Source: Myxococcales bacterium (GTDB lineage: Bacteria > Myxococcota_A > Polyangia > Polyangiales > Ga0077539). From it: a stretch of DNA of 64,000 bases. The stretch is from assembly GCA_016792845.1 (NCBI GenBank), contig JAEUKH010000054.1, forward strand, positions 131,708 through 195,707, read 5' to 3'. Shown piece by piece: positions 16,166 to 24,970 of this stretch (position 1 is its first letter; every line of letters starts with the position of its first letter). Below the pieces are notes generated by a model. The model saw nothing but the letters and a program-made list of their open reading frames with translations, was not told the origin of the DNA and did no database searches. Made by a program: the position numbers and the translations under genes.

Positions 16166-16513
16166 GCCGTCGCCCTGAGGGCCCGCGTCAACGGGCGGAG
16201 GCGGGGCGCCGTAGATCTCACCGATGGAGCCCTGGTCTTGCGGCGGCCGCGGCGGCGCGTTGGGGTTGAGCCGCGCCCCCGCGTCTTGCACCTGCGGCGG
16301 CGGCGGGGCGCCGTACACCGCTGCCACGCGCTCGCGGCACGCGCCCAAGGCCACCGTGGCCCCGAGCAGCAAGGCCGCCCGCGCCCGTCGCGGCCCCTCG
16401 CTGCGCGCGGCCTCGTGGGATGCGCCGCGCGGCATCGCACAAAAAGGGCACAGCGCGGCCTCAACGCGTACGTGTCGTGAACACCCCTCGCAAGGGGTCA
16501 TGACGTCTCCCAT
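16154..16513 (-). CDS. hypothetical small protein: N-terminal zinc ribbon, one TM helix, duplicated YGAPPPP motif
   Basis: ORF 16154-16513. CEGCSRHVRVEAALCPFC, then TM helix AALLLGATVALGA. VYGAPPPP and IYGAPPPP each occur once. Converges on trmY with a 12-nt overlap. Confidence 0.5.
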   Translation of the reverse strand: MGDVMTPCEGCSRHVRVEAALCPFCAMPRGASHEAARSEGPRRARAALLLGATVALGACRERVAAVYGAPPPPQVQDAGARLNPNAPPRPPQDQGSIGEIYGAPPPPVDAGPQGDGSAR

Positions 16514-16599
16514 GGCGACGACGCTACCAGAGCGCGGCGACCGAGGGGCAGCGGCTCTTTCAAGAATTCTCTCTCGCCCATCGGCAGACGCGTCGGGGC

Positions 16600-17943
16600 T
16601 CAGGGCGCGGGGGCTCGGGCCGAGGGGGCGTCATCGAGGGCGCACGCGGCGGCGATGAGCGCGCGTGCGACCCCGCGACGCCGGAGGTGAGGCAGCACCG
16701 CCAGGAGGCTCAGGGCGGGGCCGGGCTCGACCCGCAGAACGCCGGCCACCTCGCCGTTGGGCATCCGCGCGAGGAGGTGCCGGCACGCGCGGTCTCGGCG
16801 ATCGCTCACGGTGTCTTCGCCGCACTGAAGCTCTTCGAGGAAGACCTCATCGCGCACCATCATCACGGGCAGAAACGCGTCGCCCTCGACGCTCACTTCT
16901 CTCACTGAAATCGAGGCCTTCGCGGGCGCTTCGGGGGGCGCCGCCGCGGCGTGCTGCGCGGGCATCGTGCCCCCGAGCCTGAGGAGCTGCTCTTCAAGGT
17001 CTGAGATCAACTCAATAAAGTACGGGTCGGTGCCGTAGGCCGGAAAGGCCGCTCGAAACGCGGGGTCGTCGTAGCGCCGCGTGACCCACGCCGCGTAGTG
17101 CAGGTACCGCAACGCGCGCAGGGCCTCGACGGTCTTCAGGCTCTCACGGTCGAAGGCACGAAAGCCCTCATAGGCCGAGACGAGCACGGCGCGTTGGGCC
17201 TCGGCTTCGGCGTCGCGGCCCGGGGTCAGGAGCCAGACGTCTTGCACCGCGGGGCCCACCATCATGTCGTCGAAATCGAGAAAGAAGGCGCCCTCGGCGC
17301 CCCAAAGGAGGTTGCCGAGGTGACAGTCGCCGTGAACCCGGTGCATCGCGGCGTCGTCGAACCACCCCGCGGTGTGCGCGAGGAGCCGCTCGGTGACCGC
17401 AGTGAGCGCCCCGCGGAGGGTGGGCGCGAGGCGCGGCGAGCGGGTCAAGACCGAGAGGCTCTCAAGGCCCCAGGCCTCGGCGTCGAAGCGGCGGCGGTGG
17501 GGCGCCGCGCGGGCCGCGCCGACGTTGTGAACACGCGCGAGGAGCATGCCGAGGCGACGCAGCTGCTCGGGGGTGAGCTCCTCGGGGGCCCGGCCGCCGA
17601 CCTTGGGGAAGAGCGCGCACCACATCGCGCCCTCGATCACCTCGTAGAGGGTGCTGCCATCGCCGAACGAGAGCGGCGCCGCGACGGGCACCTCGGCGTC
17701 GCGGAGATCAAAGAGAAAGCGATGCTCGTCTTCGATGGCCTCGCGCCGCCAGCGGCCCGGCCGGTAGAACTTCGCGACCACCCGCGAGCGGTCTTCGCGC
17801 TCTAGCTCGTAGACCCTGTTTTCAAGGGAGTTGAGCGCATAACAGAGCCCCGTGCAGGGCACCCCCGCGGCCTCGACCGCGCGCAGCACCACCTCGGGCG
17901 TGAGCGCATAGAAGTCTTCAATCACACCGAGGGCGCGTAGCAC
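16600..17943 (-). CDS. SrkA/RdoA-type (aminoglycoside-phosphotransferase fold) Ser/Thr kinase fused to a C-terminal GNAT-like domain
   Basis: ORF 16600-17943 (GTG start). NSLENRVYELEREDRSRVVAKFYRPGRW, HGDCHLGNLLW and FLDFDDMMVGPAVQDVW match the kinase fold. The last ~110 aa, VAGVLRVEPGPALSLLAVLPHLRRRGVARALIAAA, resemble an acetyltransferase core. Confidence 0.8.
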   Translation of the reverse strand: MLRALGVIEDFYALTPEVVLRAVEAAGVPCTGLCYALNSLENRVYELEREDRSRVVAKFYRPGRWRREAIEDEHRFLFDLRDAEVPVAAPLSFGDGSTLYEVIEGAMWCALFPKVGGRAPEELTPEQLRRLGMLLARVHNVGAARAAPHRRRFDAEAWGLESLSVLTRSPRLAPTLRGALTAVTERLLAHTAGWFDDAAMHRVHGDCHLGNLLWGAEGAFFLDFDDMMVGPAVQDVWLLTPGRDAEAEAQRAVLVSAYEGFRAFDRESLKTVEALRALRYLHYAAWVTRRYDDPAFRAAFPAYGTDPYFIELISDLEEQLLRLGGTMPAQHAAAAPPEAPAKASISVREVSVEGDAFLPVMMVRDEVFLEELQCGEDTVSDRRDRACRHLLARMPNGEVAGVLRVEPGPALSLLAVLPHLRRRGVARALIAAACALDDAPSARAPAP

Positions 17944-17950
17944 TCTTTGA

Positions 17951-19249
17951 TTACAGCGTACACCGCAGCGCCACGGCCTGAACGCGCCGCCGCCCCATCG
18001 CCGTGCGCAGCCCCGCGAAGACCACCGCGCCCTCGGCGGTGGGCACCACCTGCATCGCGTCGAAAGGCCCGCCGCTGCTCTCGAAGGGCAACGCGAGCGG
18101 CGCGCCCTGTTCGGCCCCGGTCGGGTCGAGGGTCAAGAAGACGCCTCGAATCACGCCCGAGCCGATGGCGGTCGCAACCAAGGTGTCGCCCCCGCGTCGC
18201 GCGACGTCGACCCCGCCGCCGAGGAAGCTGAGCGAAGGCACCGGCATCGGGGCGCCGCGGGGCGCGCCGTCGGGGGCGAGGGGCAACACCTCGACGCCCG
18301 AAATGGGAGGCCGGGTGTCAAAGCCCTGCTGCCAGACGAGGCTCCACCCGGTGCTGGTGGGCACGAGCTGGCGCGAGCGCAGCGCCCCTTCGCCGGGGCC
18401 TGCGTAGACCTGGCGCAGCGGCCCGAGGGGGCCCGCGAGGCTCATCAGCCGGGTGTAGACCGCCTCGCCGCCGTCGCGCGGCACCGCCCAGTGAAAGAGC
18501 ATCTGCCCCGTGGGGGTGAGCGCCCGGTCGACGTCAGCGTTGAGCGCGAGGCCCTCAAGGGCGAGCCGCTCTTGAAAGCGCGGAAGCTGCGTCTGGGTGC
18601 CGAAGAAGGCCACGCCCTCGGGCGCCGCAAAGAGGCCCGCGATGAAGTTGAGATCGCCGCCGCGGGCGTCGAGGCTGCGACAGAGGGGCCGCGCGATGCC
18701 GGGGTTACGCTCGACGGCGTTGAAGGCGAAGACCTCGCGCTGGCGTGCGTCGGCGAAGCCGATCTGGCAGTCGCGGTCTGACTCTTCGCCGCCCTCGGTG
18801 GCGACCCAGAGCCGCGCGGCGCTCGCGTCCCACCGGGCGGTGATGCGCGAGGGGGCCTGGTAGGTGAGGCGAAAGAAGGGCAGCGCGAGGCTCTCGGGGT
18901 CGCGCCGCAGCGCGGGGTCGACCCGATACGCGTACACCGTGTCGCGGATGGCGCCGGTGGGGGCCTCTCCGCGCAGCACCGCCACGGGCCCGGCCTCGGT
19001 CTCGACGGCGTCTTCGAGGCTCAGCTGGTTGCCCGCGGTGTCGACATCGACGACGGTCACCGCGGGGCTCGCGACCGACCAGGCACAGCGCGAAGGCGCG
19101 GCGGTGTCGGCCTCGGTGACATCAGCGCCCGCGTCGCGCGGCCCGAGGTCAACAGGGGTCGCGGCGTCGCCGACGGCGTTGCGACCGTCGACGGTGCTCG
19201 CGCAACCAAGACCGAGGCTCAGCCCCAAGCCCAGCGACAACATCTTCAT
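17951..19249 (-). CDS. hypothetical lipoprotein
   Basis: ORF 17951-19363 trimmed to ATG at 19249 (MKMLSLGLGLSLGLGCAS lipobox). No recognisable domain. Confidence 0.65.
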   Translation of the reverse strand: MKMLSLGLGLSLGLGCASTVDGRNAVGDAATPVDLGPRDAGADVTEADTAAPSRCAWSVASPAVTVVDVDTAGNQLSLEDAVETEAGPVAVLRGEAPTGAIRDTVYAYRVDPALRRDPESLALPFFRLTYQAPSRITARWDASAARLWVATEGGEESDRDCQIGFADARQREVFAFNAVERNPGIARPLCRSLDARGGDLNFIAGLFAAPEGVAFFGTQTQLPRFQERLALEGLALNADVDRALTPTGQMLFHWAVPRDGGEAVYTRLMSLAGPLGPLRQVYAGPGEGALRSRQLVPTSTGWSLVWQQGFDTRPPISGVEVLPLAPDGAPRGAPMPVPSLSFLGGGVDVARRGGDTLVATAIGSGVIRGVFLTLDPTGAEQGAPLALPFESSGGPFDAMQVVPTAEGAVVFAGLRTAMGRRRVQAVALRCTL

Positions 19250-19283
19250 CGTGCGTCGAGTGTGAGAGCCCGCTGGGCGCCCT

Positions 19284-20159
19284 TCAAGGCTGAAGAAACG
19301 CCTCTCGGGCGAGAAAGCGAATGCCCGCCGAGATCTGCTGGCAGCGGCCGTTCTCTGGGGCAAGATCGGCGAAGACGCGCAGCGCGCCGGTGATGGTGTT
19401 CATCTCGGTCTGCGAAATGGTGAGGGTGCGCACCTGGTCTGAGAACTCGCTCACGCTGATGCCGCCGCCGATGACCCCTTCGAGCGAGCCGTCTTCGCGG
19501 AGCGTGGCGCGGATCTGGGCCTGGTGCAGATTGAGCACGAAATTCGCGTCGAGCACCGTGATCGGGAGCGGCAACAAGAACGGCCCCGCGGTGACCACGC
19601 CGTTGCGCAGCGCGGCGCTCACGCGGGTCACCGGCCGGTCGCGCTGGAGCTCGTAGGTCTGGCCCTTGTCGAGGAGCATGTTGCTGTCGACGAAGGGTGA
19701 GCCCGAGACCCGCGTAAACGCGAGGGTGACGCAGGGGTCGTTCTGCGGGTCGTCGATGCCCTCAAGGCTGATGCCGACCAGGAGCTGGCCGTTGTTCACC
19801 GCGCCCTGGATGGCGCCGTCGAAGGCCCCGCCGGTCATGGCGTCGACCACGGGCAAGAGCCGCGCGAGCTGGTTGTCGATGCCCGCTTCGCCGGTCGGCG
19901 AGGTGAAGTCAGCCTGGCGGCACCCGAGCGAGTCGCCCGAGGTGCTGACGCGGTTGTCGAGGTTCAGACCTTCGGCCACCGCGGCGTTGTTCATCGCAGG
20001 GCGCACGAAGCCGAAGCGCGCGATCACGGCGCTGCGGGTGGTGTTCGAGGGCTGACACCGCGCCGCGCGGAGCGCAGCCTCGTTGGCCGCGCCGTCGCCG
20101 CCGTCGTCGCCGCACCCGAGGGCCAGCGACGCAATGAGAATGAGCGCGTGAGGTCTCAT
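19284..20159 (-). CDS. hypothetical lipoprotein
   Basis: ORF 19284-20720 trimmed to ATG at 20159 (MRPHALILIASLALGCGDD). The start overlaps the DUF1552 gene stop as ATGA. Confidence 0.65.
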   Translation of the reverse strand: MRPHALILIASLALGCGDDGGDGAANEAALRAARCQPSNTTRSAVIARFGFVRPAMNNAAVAEGLNLDNRVSTSGDSLGCRQADFTSPTGEAGIDNQLARLLPVVDAMTGGAFDGAIQGAVNNGQLLVGISLEGIDDPQNDPCVTLAFTRVSGSPFVDSNMLLDKGQTYELQRDRPVTRVSAALRNGVVTAGPFLLPLPITVLDANFVLNLHQAQIRATLREDGSLEGVIGGGISVSEFSDQVRTLTISQTEMNTITGALRVFADLAPENGRCQQISAGIRFLAREAFLQP

Positions 20160-21466
20160 GCGACGAGCCCTCCGAGACCGTCGGTGACGCGCCCCGGGCC
20201 GACGCCATACTCGTTGGCCCGAACGCCCAGGAGCTGAAGCACCGTGAGCATCACCTTGCTCGCGTTTTCGCCCATGGCGCGGAGGTGCGTACCTTGACGA
20301 AACGCGCCGCCGAGGGAGCCCGCGAAGAGCATCGGGTACTCGTCGAGCGAGTGGGTGCGCCCGTACGAGCAGTCGGTGGTGCAGAGAATCAGCGCGTGAT
20401 CGAGCAGCGTCGCGTCGCCCTCTTCGACGCGGTCGAGGGCCGAGAGAAAGTACCCGAAATCGGCCATGATGAGCCGCAAGATGGCCTGCACCTCGGGCTG
20501 CGCGCCGGGCTCGTCGTGGGTGAGCTGGTGGTGCCCCGCGCTCGCATTGGGGAAGAGCACGTTGTTCACCGGCTGCGAGTACATGTGAAAGAACACCCGG
20601 GTCTGGTCGCAGGCCATGGCCATCGCCATGAGGTCGCTCATCACCCGTGAGCGCTCGAGCACCGGCAGTCGGCCGCCCTGCTCGGGGTAATCGCTCGCGG
20701 GCATCTCGGGGCGACGGCACGCCGCGAGGTTCGGCGGGTTCTCTTGCAAGCGCTGGAGCTGACGCTCGATCGCGCGGACCCCTTCGAGGTGCTGATCGAG
20801 GCGCTGCCGGTCGCCGCTGCCGAGCCGACCCCGGAGGCGCTGACTCTGCGCGCCCACGGCGTCGAGGACGCTGCGCCGCAGGGCGAGCCGCGGGTCGGGC
20901 GCGGTGCTCTCTCCGGGGGCGCGAAAGCCCTCGCCGAAGAGGCGCTGGTAGAGCGCGAAGGGCGAGGTCTCGGGCGGGTTCACCTGCCCCGGGGCGCTGT
21001 ACGAGTAGCTGTTCGAGCTCGGCTGAATGCCCGTCTCGATCGAGCGAAACCGCGTCTCGGCGCCGACCACCTCGGCGATGCGCTGGTCGACGGTGGCGTG
21101 GGCGAGGGCGTTGTTCTGAATCGCATCTCCCGAGAAGAGCCCCGCGGGGCCCGAGAGGTGCGGCCCGGTGTTGATCGTCGCCACCCGCGTGCCGCTCACC
21201 AGGGTCAGCTTGGGCTTGTGCGTGGCGAGGGGCATCAACAAGGGCGAGAGGGTGTAGTCGGGCCCCACCTCGCGCGGGAGCCAGAAATCAGGCAACACCC
21301 CGTTGCCGAAGAACCAGACCCCGAACCTCTTGGGGAAGGCCTGGCCGCCCGCGTAGGCGGTGCCATTCTGGTTCATCAAGCACTCGAGCGGGGGCAGGCC
21401 CACCGAGACCGCGGCGCCGCCCAACATGCCCCGCAGGAGGGTGCGACGAGAGAGACGAAGACTCAT
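20156..21466 (-). CDS. DUF1552-family protein with twin-arginine-type signal
   Basis: MSLRLSRRTLLRGMLGGAAVSVGLPPLE...FPKRFGVWFFGNGV is typical of DUF1552, as are conserved His-rich segments (HHQLTHD). The start overlaps the upstream stop as ATGA. Confidence 0.85.
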   Translation of the reverse strand: MSLRLSRRTLLRGMLGGAAVSVGLPPLECLMNQNGTAYAGGQAFPKRFGVWFFGNGVLPDFWLPREVGPDYTLSPLLMPLATHKPKLTLVSGTRVATINTGPHLSGPAGLFSGDAIQNNALAHATVDQRIAEVVGAETRFRSIETGIQPSSNSYSYSAPGQVNPPETSPFALYQRLFGEGFRAPGESTAPDPRLALRRSVLDAVGAQSQRLRGRLGSGDRQRLDQHLEGVRAIERQLQRLQENPPNLAACRRPEMPASDYPEQGGRLPVLERSRVMSDLMAMAMACDQTRVFFHMYSQPVNNVLFPNASAGHHQLTHDEPGAQPEVQAILRLIMADFGYFLSALDRVEEGDATLLDHALILCTTDCSYGRTHSLDEYPMLFAGSLGGAFRQGTHLRAMGENASKVMLTVLQLLGVRANEYGVGPGRVTDGLGGLVA

Positions 21467-23115
21467 GGCGTGGCCCCTTCGCGGGTGAGCCCGATGCGTG
21501 AGAACGCGTCGCCCGTGACGAGCGCGGTGACGAGGGTCTGGAAGCGGTATCCGCTCAAGAGAAACTGACGCTCAAGCCTGACGATCTCGCCGAACTCGCC
21601 GTCGCCGTCTTCGCGGCCGTGGGCGTAGCGGTACAGCTTGAACACCACACACCGCGGCAAGAGCGGCGCGTCGCGGAGGGCCTCGGCGAGACCCCGGAGG
21701 TCTGAAAAGGGGCGCCCGTCGAGGTCGCCGCGGGTGTCGAGCGGCGCGCCGTTGTCGGTGAGCCGCGCGCGGCCGATCGCGTCGAGCGATTCGAGCGAGA
21801 GACCCAGCGGATCCATCAGGCGGTGGCAGCTCGCGCAAGAGTCGACGGTGCTGTGCGCCGCGAGCCGCTGACGCAGCGTGCGGAGGTTCGGCGACGGCTC
21901 GGGGATGGCCGTGTTGACGTTCACCGGCGGCATGGGCATCGGGCTGCAAAGCAGGTCTTCGCGGATGAAGCGGCCCCGCAGCGTGGGCGAGCTCGACGTC
22001 GGGTGCGCGTGCATCAGCATCATCGACGCGTGACCGAGGAGGCCGCGCCGCGGCGCGCTCTCGTCGAAGGTCACCTCGGCGAAGGTCTCGGGCGTCGCCA
22101 TCGACACAGGCACCGGGAAGGCGACCCGATAAATCGACGCCAACCGACGGTTGAGGAAGCTCCGCCGGGTGGTCAAGAAGTCACGAAAATCGACGTCTTC
22201 AAAGGCCAAGCGCTCAAAGAGCCGCAAGGTCTCTTCGCGTGCCGCGCCCGGCAGATCGGCCCCATACGCGGGGAAGGCCGTCGCGTCGCGGCTCACCGCG
22301 TCGAGGCGCTGAAGATGCAACCAGTCAGACACGAACGCGCGAACCCCGCGGCGCGCAGCGGGGGCCGCGAGCATGCGGGTCACCTCTGCGCTGAGCCCCT
22401 CGGGGGTGCCCAAGCGACCCTCGGCGGCGGCGCCCAAGAGGGCGGGGTCGGGGGGGCCGTTCCACAAAAAGTACGAGAGCTTCGAGGCGAGGGCGTAGGG
22501 CCCGAGGCGGTCGCTGTCGCCGACCTCGACCCGAAAGATCATGTCAGGCGCCTGAAGAAGCGCCGCGAGCCCGTATTCGAGCCCCCGGTCGAAGTCATTG
22601 AGCGCCGCCGCGGCCTGGCCCGCGACGCCCACGAGCCGCGCCCGCTCGGCCTCGTCAAGCGGGCGCCGCCAGAGTCGCTCGCCGAGGCTCGAGAGCACCG
22701 TCTCGGCGCAGCGGTCGTCGCGCACCGCCGCGGGCGCGCAGGTCACCCAACGGGCCCGCCGGGCGGGGGTGCGAAACACCTGCTGCGCGAGGTCGTAGGC
22801 CGCGCTCTGATACTGCTCGACCCCGTTGCGTGAGACGCTGGCCTCGCTCGCTCCGATGGCCACCAGGTCGTGACGCTCGACGTCGGGCTCGAGGCCCCGC
22901 GGCACCACCACGTCGTCGCCCAAGACATCGCGCACCGTGTTGGTGTATTGCGCCCGGGTGAGACGCCGAAGCACCGGGGCCGGCGCCACAAAGGGCTGAT
23001 CGACCAGCGGCGCGAGGCCCGCGTCGACGGCGCCCGCGTCGGCGGTCACCGGCGCCGCCTCGTCGCAGCCCGCGAGCACCAGGAGCGCACCCAAGACCGC
23101 GCGCACCGGCCTCAC
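21463..23115 (-). CDS. DUF1587/DUF1592/DUF1595/DUF1588/DUF1585 multidomain protein (usual partner of DUF1552)
   Basis: GTG start at 23115 with lipobox LVLAGC. RRLTRAQYTNTVRDVLG, LWRRPLDEAE and DSCASCHRLMDPLGLSLESLDAIGR are characteristic of this family. Confidence 0.85.
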   Translation of the reverse strand: MRPVRAVLGALLVLAGCDEAAPVTADAGAVDAGLAPLVDQPFVAPAPVLRRLTRAQYTNTVRDVLGDDVVVPRGLEPDVERHDLVAIGASEASVSRNGVEQYQSAAYDLAQQVFRTPARRARWVTCAPAAVRDDRCAETVLSSLGERLWRRPLDEAERARLVGVAGQAAAALNDFDRGLEYGLAALLQAPDMIFRVEVGDSDRLGPYALASKLSYFLWNGPPDPALLGAAAEGRLGTPEGLSAEVTRMLAAPAARRGVRAFVSDWLHLQRLDAVSRDATAFPAYGADLPGAAREETLRLFERLAFEDVDFRDFLTTRRSFLNRRLASIYRVAFPVPVSMATPETFAEVTFDESAPRRGLLGHASMMLMHAHPTSSSPTLRGRFIREDLLCSPMPMPPVNVNTAIPEPSPNLRTLRQRLAAHSTVDSCASCHRLMDPLGLSLESLDAIGRARLTDNGAPLDTRGDLDGRPFSDLRGLAEALRDAPLLPRCVVFKLYRYAHGREDGDGEFGEIVRLERQFLLSGYRFQTLVTALVTGDAFSRIGLTREGATP

Positions 23116-24287
23116 GGGCTCACCCTTCGTCGAAACGTTACGCGGTCTGAGAGCATGCTCGCCCCTTCGAGGATGGCGCCGACCGTCGGGTCGGTGTCGT
23201 TGAGAACCATGCGCCGCGCATAGGCCAGCGCGTAGGCGCCGACGATGGGCGCCTGCTCGGTGTCAGCGATGTTCTCACACCCGCCGAGGGCGAAGTACTG
23301 ATGGCAGCCACCTCGCACATCGATCCATGTCATGGGCATCGGCGCGGTGCTCTCGAACTGGGCCTCGGCCCCCACTGGGTCGTCGCCACCGCTCATCGCA
23401 AACATCGCAAAGCGAACCCCGCCGTGACCCGTCGGGCCGAGCCACTCGCGCCGCAGCGCGCCCGCCATCGCGAGCCCCGCCACCACCCGCTCGTCGCCCA
23501 CTCCGGCCGCAAACTGTGCGCGATCGAGGGCCGTACACGGGTTGGTCATGCACCGGGCCTCGACCGCCGCGGGGTCGAAGCGCGCGCCCCCGGCCGTCCA
23601 GACCGTGTGAACACCCGCCGAGTGGCCCGAGAGCAACACCCGGCTCACGTTGGCACGCCCCGACAGCGTCGCCGCGAGGGGCCCGTCGCGCAGCGCATCG
23701 AGGCTCGCGCTCACATCGCGCGCCCGAAGGTGAAAGATCGACGCGGGCAATGTTGACGGAGTGTCAGAGATCGTATTGCCGGTGTGATCGGGCGCCACCG
23801 CGACCCAGCCGTGGCTCGCAAAATACCGCATCAAGAAGTGACTCGTGGGGCCGAAGCCCTGGTGCCCGTGCGAGTACACATGCACCGGGTAGCCGTCGGG
23901 GTAGACCGGCACCTCTGACGGAGCGTCAACAATCGACTCGGGGTCCCTGAACAGCCGCCTGTAGGTTGGCCGCGGCCCCGACAGGGCCCGGGTGGGGTAC
24001 CAGAGGTGCAGGGTCAGGGTGCGCGGCGCGCTCGCGCCCGGGGGCGTGTAGCTGTGACTCACGCTGGTGTACCCGACGTTGAAGGGGCCCCGCGCGCGCA
24101 CCGACCACGACAGCGGCGCGCTCGGCAGCGGGCCCGCGTCGTCGGCGACGATGACCCGGTCGGCGCTCACCGCGTCGGCGCCCAAGGTGCCCGCGTCGTG
24201 CGCTGCGGGCGCTTCCGTACAGCCCGCGCAGGCCGCAGTCAGCAGCGTCGTCTCGACCACCCGTCGCAACATCGCCGCGATGATCAA
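23112..24287 (-). CDS. alpha/beta hydrolase (lipase / PAF-acetylhydrolase-like), probable lipoprotein
   Basis: ORF 23112-24287. N-terminal LLTAACAGC. VHVYSHGHQGFGP. Nucleophile elbow LLSGHSAGVHTV (GxSxG). Confidence 0.75.
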   Translation of the reverse strand: MIIAAMLRRVVETTLLTAACAGCTEAPAAHDAGTLGADAVSADRVIVADDAGPLPSAPLSWSVRARGPFNVGYTSVSHSYTPPGASAPRTLTLHLWYPTRALSGPRPTYRRLFRDPESIVDAPSEVPVYPDGYPVHVYSHGHQGFGPTSHFLMRYFASHGWVAVAPDHTGNTISDTPSTLPASIFHLRARDVSASLDALRDGPLAATLSGRANVSRVLLSGHSAGVHTVWTAGGARFDPAAVEARCMTNPCTALDRAQFAAGVGDERVVAGLAMAGALRREWLGPTGHGGVRFAMFAMSGGDDPVGAEAQFESTAPMPMTWIDVRGGCHQYFALGGCENIADTEQAPIVGAYALAYARRMVLNDTDPTVGAILEGASMLSDRVTFRRRVSP

Positions 24288-24342
24288 CGCCGCGAGGCGC
24301 TCTGGTCAACAGTGCGGCACACGCTGTGCTCAGTGCGGGCCC

Positions 24343-24876
24343 ATGAAGACGAAGTCGATGGCGGCTCTGGCCAGCGCGCTGGCCACGGTGGCGGCGGTGA
24401 CCGAGGTGAGGGCTGAGGGTCGCATGCCCGTGGCGGTGAGCGTTGAAGGGGTCTTGGGCTCGGGCAATCCGTACGCGCACGAGGTGGGGGTGAGCTTCCT
24501 CGGGGCCGTGCAGGTGATGCCGCGGCGGTGGCTCTCGGTGGGGGTGGTGGTCGGGCGCTTTCAGGCCACCGGCAACGACGGCGAGCGCCTCGCGGGGGTG
24601 CCCGTGATGGGCAGGGTGGCGCTGCGGTATCCGCGATGGGTCGTGCAGCCCTGGGGCGGCCTCGAGCTCGGGCTCTCGTCGATGACCGTGCGGGTCGGCT
24701 CAGGCCCCGGCGCCACCGTCGCGTACGACCACCTCGGGCTCGGCCTCGCAGGGGTCGTCGGCCTCGACGTCGTGCCCTCCGAGCGCTTCGCCGTGGGCCT
24801 CGTGGGGCGCATGTTCCGCGACGATGACCAGGCCCGCATGACCCACGTCGGCCTCAGGGCCGAGCTGCGCTTCTAG
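24343..24876 (+). CDS. small outer-membrane beta-barrel protein
   Basis: ORF 24067-24876 trimmed to ATG at 24343. Signal peptide MKTKSMAALASALATVAAVTEVRA. Alternating hydrophobic strands. Ends in the aromatic residue ...GLRAELRF. Confidence 0.6.
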   Translation: MKTKSMAALASALATVAAVTEVRAEGRMPVAVSVEGVLGSGNPYAHEVGVSFLGAVQVMPRRWLSVGVVVGRFQATGNDGERLAGVPVMGRVALRYPRWVVQPWGGLELGLSSMTVRVGSGPGATVAYDHLGLGLAGVVGLDVVPSERFAVGLVGRMFRDDDQARMTHVGLRAELRF

Positions 24877-24970
24877 CGCCGTCTGCTCCAAAGCGATCAG
24901 GTCGAGAAAAAGTGAGGTTCTGATTCTGTTGCAACTCGATTGCAAATAGGCTAGTCGGCCCAACCGTACG

